In this document: positions 53,760 through 64,000 of the stretch, in pieces | Numbering within the stretch: the stretch's first letter is position 1 | How the letters are laid out: every line of letters starts with the position of its first letter | Source: Saccostrea echinata | Taxonomy: Eukaryota | Assembly: GCF_033153115.1 (NCBI RefSeq) | Contig: NW_026889803.1 | Location: 41,602,001 to 41,666,000, forward strand | DNA length: 64,000 nt | Reading direction: 5' to 3' | Notes under the pieces: model-generated | The model's database searches: none | What the model was told of the DNA's origin: nothing | What the model saw: the letters and a program-made list of their open reading frames with translations, nothing else | Translations under genes and position numbers: made by a program

Positions 53760-54633
53760 TTAAGACCGCGGAACATTAACTGGCAAAATTGGAAATATGC
53801 AACTTACATCATCTCCATCTGTTACTGTCAAAATGTTGAACGATAGACAATGAAATGGGTGGGTACAATTTGACACGGACGTCCGAGAAAACATTGGATT
53901 GAAATTCTAGTTTGAAATTCATTTGCAATCCACCTCAGCTACGTAAGAACGTACGGTGTTACTGATTAACCAAGAAGACAAATAATTTCAATTTTGGAAT
54001 AGTTTGAAATTTATATAAATCAGAATTTTCTGTCCAGTGTATGTAGAGAAATATATTTCTGTTTGGTATGTGTATGTGTGTGCTGGGAGGGAGGCCGGCT
54101 GAACGATCTTGGAATAAATATGAAAATTTTCTTTTAAATTGACAACCCCTCCCTGCTTTTGTTTATCAAACAGTTTTCAGTGAAGACAAAACTAAAAAAA
54201 GGTTTTTGTCATCCTAGAAATAAATATATTCTATCATGTGAAGGCATGATCTGACTCGACAATTTTTGCCCCCCCCCCCCTTCTAGAATCAAATGGCTGT
54301 CCCCTGAAAAAGTAATCTCTGTCTTCTTTTACTTTTACGTATCCTTAAAATTATAGCCTAAAGTACTCATATAAATATGAATGTCAAACAACATGTATTT
54401 GGGAATTGAAATCTTTCGGATCATACATTCACACTTTAGGTTTGAAAACAGCTCAGGTGGATTGAAAATGAATTTCAAACTAGAATTTCAATCCAATGTT
54501 TTCTCGGACGTCCGTGTTGAATTGTACCCGCCCATTTCATTGTCTCTCTTTAAACTTTATGATTGTAACAGATAAAAATTCAAATGACGTAAGCTGCATA
54601 TTTCTAATTTCAGTTAATGTTCTGCGCTCTTAT
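53760..54633. mobile_element. Element with ~180-bp terminal inverted repeats
   Basis: 53760-53940 is the reverse complement of 54450-54633, including ACACGGACGTCCGAGAAAACATTGGATTGAAATTCTAGTTTGAAATTCATTT. Confidence 0.75.
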
Positions 54634-54839
54634 ATTATATGGATACTATGTGAGAATTGGCTAAAATGAATTTTGGATATTTAATAAATTAAATAAATTG
54701 GGATTTAAGTTGAATGTATGTGCACAGGAAAAAAATCTTCATAATTGCAAAACATTGTTATTAATATTGTGTAGATTTAGAGACCCCTATGAGTTTGATA
54801 TCGCCATATTAATTTATGCGGACACATTTTTTTTCATGA

Positions 54840-55119
54840 CAGGCACGTAGCATCGGGGAGGGGGGAGGGGTCTGCCCCCCACTTTTTTCCAAACATGAAA
54901 TTTTATAAAATTTTAATATTGTAAATGTTCATGGAAAGTCCGCCCTCCCCCCCCCCCCCTACTGTTTGTTGCAGAATATTCAAATAAGGGTGATGTAGTA
55001 GTGTATGAGTAAAATTTGATACTGAAAGAAGTTTGAAACCTATCCCCACACCCAAAAAATATAATTTTCGAGTTAATTTTCGAGCCCCCCCCCCTTTCAA
55101 AAACGATGCTACGTCCCTG
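54840..55119. mobile_element. Short TIR element with poly-G/C subtermini
   Basis: CAGGCACGTAGCATCG ... CGATGCTACGTCCCTG; CATG on both flanks. Confidence 0.65.
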
Positions 55120-55504
55120 CATGGGAATATTAAGTGGTAAAAGTTTTTGAAAATCTGAATAAGAACAGCACGGTTAAAGTCATTAAAGTTACTCAGGTGA
55201 GTATTGTGGCCCAAGGTCTTCGTTATTCAAATGTTTTTGAAATTATTTCTAATGTTTGGTTTGCATCTCTGTCAAATCTGCAATAGTTGACTTATATCTA
55301 AAGCATGAAAAAAATGTTCCGACACTATAGCTTCTTTACTTCCTATTAAATCTTTCACATTACAATGTTCAACTCCCATGAGTACTTTCAGTACTTTGAT
55401 TAAAAACGATGTCCGGAAAAGAGTATTTTGTTACGATTAACCGGTTAATCGGTCGGAACGCCTTACGGTTAACCGATTGGCAATTCTGTATTCGATTGCC
55501 ATCC

Positions 55505-55507
<3 letters not shown>

Positions 55508-55592
<85 letters not shown>
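55508..55592. repeat. (AT)n microsatellite
   Basis: Direct. Confidence 0.98.
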
Positions 55593-55595
<3 letters not shown>

Positions 55596-58500
55596 CGAAA
55601 TTCATATTCAGTTGTGTCATATTTATTATCATTATTCATATAATTTTTTGTCTCTTGTTAAATGTTCCGTCTTTATGATAGACTTTTACAGAATGTTTGT
55701 ATTGATGAACGGATTATCGGATTCAAGGGCAGACATTTCCTGAAGCAGTGTATTGTGGACAAGAAGGTACATAGATGGGGAGTGAAGGCCTGGGTGTTAG
55801 CCGAGTCGCACACCGGTTACACACATCATGTCCAAATTTATCAGGGAAAACACAACAGCCCAAATCATCCACTTGGCCAAGGGTGTGTTAATTTAATAGA
55901 TGTGTATACTAAGTCTCAATACTAGTAAAATAATCGTATTTTCATTATGGCATATAATATGAAGCTCATATTTTAATTTTAAGAAATAATAGTATTTAAA
56001 AAAGCTATGATTACAACTATGCGTGTCAAAATGATAGCTAATGATGTAGGAGGATTAATAAACTCGAAAAAAAAAAATAATTAGTAGATGCGTTCAATGA
56101 AGTAAAGCGGGCGAGGTAGGTTTGCAAATTTTACAAATAAAGTATGGACTCCTTCCGCAATCATGTTATAAAAATAATATAACATACAATCGGAAATATT
56201 TTTAAGCAAATCGCTCTGTATATTTCATCAAAAGTCAATTTTTAATTTTTGGAAAGAGAAAGAAACTTGCACAAACATAAAGAGATTATCAACAAAAACA
56301 AATTCACAACATGTGGACAGCCCCTCCCCCCTCCAAAACATATACACCCCAAACCTTAGTATTTTTTTAAATGTTGTATTTCATACAACATTTCTATATT
56401 AAACATTTTACAATATCCAACATAGAAAGAACTCCAACAAAAAAGTAAAATTAAAATTAAAAATACTCACGGTATTGTATTATGAAATAGAACAGAAAAG
56501 TCACTTTGTTTTTTTATTTACATTAACCCCCCCCCCCCTTTAGGATATCGGACCTTAAAAATCATGTATACCTATACGTTATATGTCACCAAAATTTTAA
56601 TGTATCATCATATTTTGTTTCGGTTTTGTCTTTAACCATGCTGTCCCTACATTTCACTTTAATCACACTATTCATCTTCAAAGGTAAATTCTATAGTGTT
56701 AAAATATCAAATCATTCTTGTTAATACGCATGAAACCAGTCCTCACTATAGGAAGGAGAGGGGTGGCTTACATGCTGTTTAAGTTTTAAACACTTTTTTT
56801 GAAAACAATCCCTAAGCCTGGGTGTGCAGATATAGACTTTAAGGGGAGGGGGGGGGGGAGGTCCTGACCACAAGCACTTGTGAAGGCATTTCAACTATAC
56901 TTTTCAAGTGCAGAATTAGATCTGTGCAGCTGTATTAGAATTTTAAAAATAACTCGTTTAGTTTATAAAAAATAACTATCAAAATGATTTCAGATATAAA
57001 GTCGTAATGGATTTAATGAGACCACATTTTGGTAACCTACACCACGTGACCATTGACAGCTGGTTTACCAGTCCCAAACTTCTGCATAATTTAAGGGACA
57101 GGGGAGTTTTTGGCACAGGTACAGTTATTACTTCGAGGAAGGGAATGCCAGTTAGTTTTAAAGCTACCCGCTTGCCCAAGGGAGACATGATTGTGAAGTT
57201 GCAAGGTCCTGTACAGTGATCGGCGACAGGTGACCCTCCTCAGCACTACAGGAAGTTCCAGGTAGGTTTATCACATAAAATTATTATAATGTTCTAAAAT
57301 TGTTCACTGCATTTAATGATGTACATTTCATATATAGAATGATGCGAAAAGCTAACACCAAAGGAAAAAATTGTTAAAGCACCAGGAGTTGTGCACAAGT
57401 ATAACGAAACAATGGGCGGAGTAGATCTAGGTGATCAGCTTCTTACACAGTATGAACACCAGTTTCGTAGTCTCAAACTATGGAAGAAAATTCTGTTCAG
57501 TTTCTTTATGATGGCTGCAGGTAATACATATTTTGCAACATTTCTTGACTTTAAATTACTTCTCGCGAATATATATAGGACTCAAAAATACATGCATGTG
57601 CAACATGTATTAATGCTATTATGTATTATTTTACAAACCGTTACCTCTTTCAGTCAATGCCTACATCTGTTACAAGTCCTCCTTCGTGATACAGAAGAAA
57701 ATGGACCACTTACAATTTCAGAAAGAGATAATAAAGGGACTTTTGGGAAATTTTAGGGAAGGAAGATTAAGACGGGGACGACTTGGTGTACAGAGATGTG
57801 CTAGATTGTCTGCCAAACATTTCATAGACTGGATCCCTGAAAAGAAGCGAATGAAATGTGCTGTTTGTTCAGGAAAAAGAGGGAACTTTGCCGGAACAAG
57901 GATCCGTACTTGGTGCCCTGATTGTTCCGTCGGGTTGTGTGTTGGAAATTGTTTCAGAAAATTCCACACTCTTATTAATTACGAAGAATAAAATTAATTT
58001 TATATGGAATATATAATAATGAGTTTTAGTCATATTCAGTTACTACGTACTTGTATTTTGTTTGATTTCTCAATTACTTTTTTCACGTTACTTAGTTCTG
58101 AATTTAAAAAAATCAAGGATGAACTATTTAGCGAAGGTATTGTAATATTTCCAAAATTTTGACAATTTAATTTTTATTATACCTTCATGTTCATTGGTCG
58201 AATCTGACTGGTTGGAAGGCGTTTGTTACACTACTGCGTGCATAAACCACACCCTCCACAGGGAGACAATTCATTACAAAAAACGCCACTTCACTACTCG
58301 ATACAAGGAATACCCTATTAATTTAAAACGACTTGTTCCTCACTATTTTTTTTTTTACTTAAATTGCAGTTGTCGGGATTTCTCTGGTACTATATAATTT
58401 TCATAACTTTAGCAAACTACATAATTATGTAATAAATGTACTGGAATTTTATTCCAGATATTTTTTTTTCGTCACATTTATTTGAAAGTTACTTTTTTCA

Positions 58501-60286
58501 CATTTTGAAATAAATTTTTATGCAAGCAAATCTTATCGCACTTGCAAGATTTTACAATCTGCATTATTAGTTTTAGTCTTTTATAAAACGGGAATAAGAA
58601 ATTATTAAATTCCTTTTTGTTAAATTATTTGTGGAATGAATAATTTCAATTTTAAAAAAATGATCTATGTATGAGGATTAGGTTCCAAAATTCAGGAAGG
58701 GGTGTGCAAATCCAGATTCACTCCTGATAAAAAGAATTTATTCACGAAAATCATAATGATTGTCTGTTACGTTTAGGTACATGTATTTCGGTACGCAGAA
58801 CGTACAGACTACTATGACGTACTAGCGACGTCATAACGTGATTCTATTATAAATGGCACTAAGAGGGTTAATCAATTATCCAATCTCTAAAAATGCTGCT
58901 AATGGCAATAACTCCTTCTTATGTATATTCAGGCCTTTTCTTTATTGTACTTCTACTGTAAAATGGATTCTCTGATATTTAAAATTCAAGCATTTTTATA
59001 ACGAAGTTATCATTTTGGAACTTTCAACATCAGAATAATGTATTTGAACCAGTTTTTACATAATTTTTATTATACTAATTGCTAAAAGTGTACGATTTTT
59101 TATGATCACATATACTGTACAATTATTACTGTTCTTGAGGTCAATACGATGATTTAGACACCTGAGGAGTACAATATTCAAGTACAATATTCGGGCTCGG
59201 GTAATATTTCATTACCTTAAGTTCATTTTGAAGATTTTATACAAAACATAATGATTTTATTATCTTAACTTCTTTGCTACTCATCAGAAGAATGGAAATT
59301 TATTGGAAAGTGAACATTTAGGTAAAGAAATTTATTGCATCTCACCAGGAGCACTAGTGGAATGTACATATGCATGTGGATAACTTTGAAAGAAGCTTAT
59401 ATGACATGATATTGAAGATTCTTTAAATGGTTTTAAATTAAAATGAAGTAATTAAGGAAAATTATTGATTGCTTTTTGCTGGGAAGCTGTGGCTATGTAA
59501 AGGTTACATGAATTAATTTCAAATGCATTGGAGTTCAGAAGTGTCGAAATACAGTTAAAATATGATAGTTATTCATAATACCAATTGAAATAATTTAGAA
59601 TGAATATCTGTATGGAGACTGAATTGTAGTTTGCACTTTCTTGCATAATTTTTCAACGGATAATATTAATCTCACAATTTTGAAGACAAATAGCATTTTT
59701 TTCATAAACCTAATATAACATTCCTGTAGTAACGTTTTTCAAGTTGGGGGGGGGGGGGCTTGCTCCAAAAAGAAATGAAAAGTTGACCAGCCAAGAAATA
59801 AAACTGCCCAAAATCGAAATCCTGTTCCTATTGTGTATTTGTGTGTGTGTGTGGTGGGGGGGGGGGGGGGTCTGTAACTCTAACTTCTCGGAGACATTTT
59901 TTATATGCTGAAATTTGCCTGTGTTCAACCGTGCAGCAACAAAAAGTGGGGAGGGTAGAGGCAAGCAGCTTCAAAATGACAATTTACATAGTAAAACTAT
60001 ATATATCAAAAAGATATCAAAAAGACTATTCGCAGAAAAAAGGGGAGCAAGCCCCCCTCCCCCCTCCCCTCCCCACCGCGTACTGTGTAAGAAGTAAGGA
60101 CATATATGGACGTGCATGAAGAAATTTCCACACTATTAGATGCAGGGCAAAGTATATCAAACCAGTTAACCAAATGTTGAACAAAAAATTATCATTATAA
60201 AGTAAAACTGCACAAAATTTTCCTTGTTGATGTGGAGTCTATTGAAAAAAAATCGTAAATGCATGTATATGTCTGAAGGCAAAAGA

Positions 60287-60350
60287 TTGATCGATTGATT
60301 GTATATTGCATATATTCCCATTCGAGAATTTTTCACTCATATAGAGACGC
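60287..60350 (-). mobile_element. SINE 3' tail fragment
   Basis: GATTGATTGTAT..CCCATTCGAGAATTTTTCACTCATATAGAGACG matches 26612-26671. Confidence 0.75.
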
Positions 60351-61811
60351 CGTTTGTTATCATGGTGTTATTGCAAAAAGATATAAAATTTCTATTTAAA
60401 AAATCTTAATCTTAAGAACAAACATTATTTAATTTCATGTAATTGTCACGCCCTTTCAATAGAACAATCCAAGATAATTTACTCGTTACATTTGGCGCGA
60501 AATGATTGTGTCACCCCTTTCGTAGAAGACAAATAGACTAATCCAATAGTTTAGAAACGCAGAAAAACTGTTACACGGACGTGTACGTATATGGTATCGC
60601 AAAAAATAAACAGGAACATGCAAAAAACTGAAGGAAGTAAATACATCAATATTTTGATTTCTTCTGTTTTTGTTAAGATGCAGATAGCAAATTCCGATGT
60701 AAATCAGCTTGCACAAAATCTAGCTCACAAAGTATGATCTCTTAGTTTCGGACCATGGAAAAATTTATCCTCATGCCTGACGCTCGTGGCGTTAGGCAAT
60801 TAATTGATGAAACGTCATCAACTAATGCTTTGCATTGCTGAAGCACTAATAATATTACTTTCACCTATGATAAAAAGTAGCATTAGTCGACACATGGTAT
60901 ATTGTGTAACTTTTCTTGTTATTGGATGAATATATATTTAAATTCAAACAAATTCGTATCGATAATAAATGTATTCATAATTTATAATGAAAACGAATGC
61001 TTCCATTTACTCTACATTATGTCATCAGTGGAATGTAAATATATACTCTTATTTGTAATTTTTAAACTGCATGTATCTGCAGACAACATAACAAACCGAG
61101 GGAAGGAACTCATGTTTTTGTGAAATAGATGCAATGTATCACGAAAAAAGTCCTTGTGAAAAAAAATGTTGTTAAAGTCATTTTCTTCATTAAAAATTCT
61201 TTTATCAAACTATATCTACATTTATTTCGTCCTGATCGAATTGAGTAGGGGATAACTGCTCTGGTGAATAATGCAAATTACTAGAAAGCATCAATGTGGA
61301 GGTTGCACATAAAATAACTTATTAGAAGCAGTGCATCTATGTTCAAGGAAACTAAGTTCAAGAAGGAAAATTCACCATAAGCTCAAACTAATGTATAAAA
61401 TGCACAGTATCTCCATTAATGATATACTGAGTTGAAGCTTAGTAACATCAACAATAACTCTGTGGAATAACTTACCTGAAGATATTAAGAATTCGATACC
61501 CAACCTTACTAAGTTTACTTTAAAATTTATGCAAAATAAGCCCAATCTGTGCAAAATATGCAATTAAATTGCCAAAATAGGTAATATGCCACTGGCAAAA
61601 GACATGAAGTTATCTTAATACACATCTGTTTAAAGATCACCTTTGTGAATCACCAAACATTAACGACCGTCTACAATGGCATACCAGTTTAGTTAGATAA
61701 TGTACTAATGGTGAAAATTCATTTTGTCTGACTGTCATTACTTTATTTATTTTAAAAACTCACAGGGGTTTACAATGAAACCTTGGTATAATATCACATA
61801 CAGTGCACTAG

Positions 61812-62155
61812 GATTGATTGATTGATTGTATGTTGTTTTACCTCGCATTTGAGAACTTTTCACTTATATAGAGACGTCACCATAAGCCGGTGAAGGGCTT
61901 AAAAGATTAGACTTCTACTTGGCACTCAGGGCCATTGAGCAGCAAGGGTTCTTTGTCGTACCAGCACCTACCGTGACATTGGACCTTGGTTTTTAAGGTT
62001 TCATCCGAAAAACCGTTGACTTTAATTTTATTTTTAGTGCCAGGCGCCTGGCTGAGGAACAGTCACTTTAGGATTTGACTCGAACGAGAATCGAATCCCG
62101 GCCTCCCGATCACGAAGCTAACGCCCTACCACGAAGCCACCGTGACCGGTGAGCT
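61812..62155 (-). mobile_element. tRNA-derived SINE (same family as 26610-26955)
   Basis: Collinear with the 26.6 kb copy; ACTAGGA on both flanks. Confidence 0.85.
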
Positions 62156-62189
62156 TACTAGGAAGAATTAATCATACTATTCTGTTCAG

Positions 62190-62312
62190 GAATTCAGAAT
62201 GAACAAAAGGCATGAATGTCTATAATAGTTTCCTCTAAAGGTCTAGAAACATGTATGTTGACTCGATCAGATAATATTATAGACATTCATGCCTTTTGTT
62301 CATTCTGAATTC
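62190..62312. repeat. Perfect 38-bp inverted repeat with a 47-bp spacer
   Basis: GAATTCAGAATGAACAAAAGGCATGAATGTCTATAATA (62190-62227) and its reverse complement (62275-62312). Confidence 0.92.
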
Positions 62313-62524
62313 ACGTCACTAAATGAGTAAAAAAAAATAATAGTTTCAATTTGTGCTTTAATATCACGTATTTCGTTACATTCCCTGGGGTCACTTTATA
62401 TATTTATTTTTTTTCAAAGCTTTTGCATGAATTAAGTCATAAGATTGCACGTTTATAAATTAAGTTTCATATTTCGGAGGTTTCAGTCATTTCCATTGCA
62501 AACGTTCACTAGGTACAGATAATC

Positions 62525-62900
62525 TTTTTACTTACCATTCAGCAAATTCGACGCTACAGTCCTACTTATTTTTATAACTTTGATCATATTTTCAGGAATC
62601 CAGTTTATAGGTCGGACAACAATTCTCCCCCACACAATTTTAATATTTCGTGAATTTGATTTATTCTGCACTGATTTGTAATATTTATCATCATTTTGAC
62701 AACAAATTAATTAATTTTGACGACAAATTGATTTAAAAAAACTACTTGCAACAAAAGGAAGACTAACCTTGTATCCAGAGGAAGTGACGTAGTTTTGTAC
62801 TCGGCATGCAACCGCATACAACATGCATATTATTGATCCTTCTTGCATCTAAAGTGCGCATATTTTTTCTGCACAATGCAAAGCAATAAAAACACGACTA
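62525..62900 (-). promoter_or_regulatory. Putative promoter and 5' non-coding exon of GCNT copy 3
   Basis: Homologous to 9806-10082. Consensus donor G|GTAAGT at 62535. ETS-CRE-like GGAAGTGACGT at 62780-62790. Confidence 0.55.
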
Positions 62901-63529
62901 CTTCCCTAATATCGGATGGTATTGCCTATTTTTTACCTCTTAGTTCACACCTGTAGATGAAACACTACAGGAAGCCTTATAAACTCCTTAACTTTTCCTA
63001 AAAACACTGCCTCAAAAAATGGTAATACATTTGATTTATATTAAACTGATTTGTAGCATTATCTGCCATCAAAGCAGTTTTTGCTAGTCAAAAAAAGTTA
63101 ATAGAATCGCATAGCATTATATCAAATAAACCTTGTCCGTCTTGAGCAAAACAAATGTAAGAGGTGAAGATAACGCACAGTGATCAATCTCATATATTCA
63201 GTGAACAAAACGAATCGTTAACTGGGCAAAAACATGGCAGGGCTCAACATTAAGGCACGTCCGACAGACTCAGACTAGTAAAAGTTAGGTCCGGTTTAGT
63301 TTATTTTGCTTCATGGTATTCCAACTGGTCGTGTAAAAATACTTCGACCGAAGTTCAAATGAAGCAAAACTTACAACAAATTTACAGATTTTTCTTGTTT
63401 ATCGATGTGTTAGATCAGGTTTCACTTTCATTTTGTTTCCTGTATTGCTGTAACCCGACCGACCCACTCAAACTGAAGCCGGGTGTATTTTTTTAATATT
63501 ACAGGAAACTATGGAATTCCATATACGAC

Positions 63530-63608
63530 AGCCAACTGCTCACTGCTTACTGCCAACTGCTCACTGGTTCTGCCAACTGCCAGCTGCTTATTGCCAACTG
63601 CTACTGGT
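63530..63608. repeat. Degenerate ~20-bp minisatellite
   Basis: GCCAACTGCTCACTG repeated 4 times with variation. Confidence 0.7.
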
Positions 63609-64000
63609 TATCGATGATATTGCCTGTTTTGTTATCTTTAATGCGCATGCTTGAATAAATCCTATGCAAGAAAAGAACGGCGAACGATAATATTGTTCTG
63701 CCAACAACCTCCAAGTTTAATTTTCAAAAGTTAACATATCTGAATGATTTTTCATATTTATATAGATATTTATAGGAATTTTCATAAAACATAACTTATT
63801 TGGGCAAACAAAGAGATGTAAGTCTTTAATTTTGGTAAAACTTGTGGTTTTCACAATAGAAAACAACGGAAAACGGAAATTTATCTATAATACATCTCCC
63901 CCCTCTCCGTGAAACAACAATTTCTCTTTACAGGTATTATGCATTGTTATTTCACAAATTCATACCTAAAGGTTTTGTTGTTTCAAACAATCTTGCCAAT

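Larger units (their letters stand above)
49247..55507. mobile_element. ~6.3 kb non-autonomous hAT-like element in piggyBac intron 1 (left end hidden in an N gap)
   Basis: Right terminus CGATTGCCATCCCTA; CGGTTAACCGATT subterminal motifs at both 49247-49310 and 55434-55480. Confidence 0.65.
48252..57991 (+). pseudogene. piggyBac (PGBD4-like, DDE_Tnp_1_7) transposase with 5 exons: 48252-48868, 55682-55882, 56994-57261, 57338-57520, 57654-57991; two frameshifts
   Basis: MSRNRFQAILRFLH, CIDERIIGFKGR, TIDSWFTS, YNETMGGVDLGDQ, C-terminal CAVC..CPDC..LC..CFRKFH. All four introns are GT-AG with matching phases (2,2,2,1). Frameshifts at ~57217 and in the A-run at ~57365-57370. Confidence 0.88.
47969..58867 (+). 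mobile_element. piggyBac transposon with both ends intact, 10.9 kb
   Basis: TTAA|CTCTCTTAGTGCC ... GGCACTAAGAGGG|TTAA (13-bp TIR with 1 mismatch; TTAA at 47965-47968 and 58868-58871), enclosing a DDD transposase. Confidence 0.92.

Noticed and set aside
55369-55743. YIYIYI-rich ORFs (also 9142-9348)
   Set aside because: Translations of (AT)n microsatellites.
48252-57991. Domesticated PGBD host gene
   Set aside because: Flanked by intact TIRs and TTAA TSDs and carries frameshifts, so it behaves as a transposon copy.

Overview
AT-rich, repeat-dense animal genomic DNA. The satellite-bearing Helentron-type elements and SINE families point to a bivalve, probably an oyster (inference). The only host genes are a minus-strand tandem array of three GT14 core-2 beta-1,6-N-acetylglucosaminyltransferase (GCNT-like) copies. 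One is intact (32390-31361 + 30454-30177, 435 aa), one is recently disabled (8693-5375) and one is an old fragment (30025-13180). A block at ~62.5-62.9 kb is paralogous to the region upstream of the 8.7 kb copy and looks like the promoter and non-coding exon of the intact copy, which implies a ~30 kb first intron. The rest is nested mobile DNA: two Bel/Pao LTR elements, a HERO-type RLE non-LTR element split by a foldback insertion, Penelope-like RT fragments, SINEs, MITEs, Crypton-like palindromes (one pair with a flip-flop hairpin), and a complete 10.9 kb TTAA-flanked piggyBac whose transposase is split by four GT-AG introns. All alignments were done by eye and family names come from motif recognition, not database searches.
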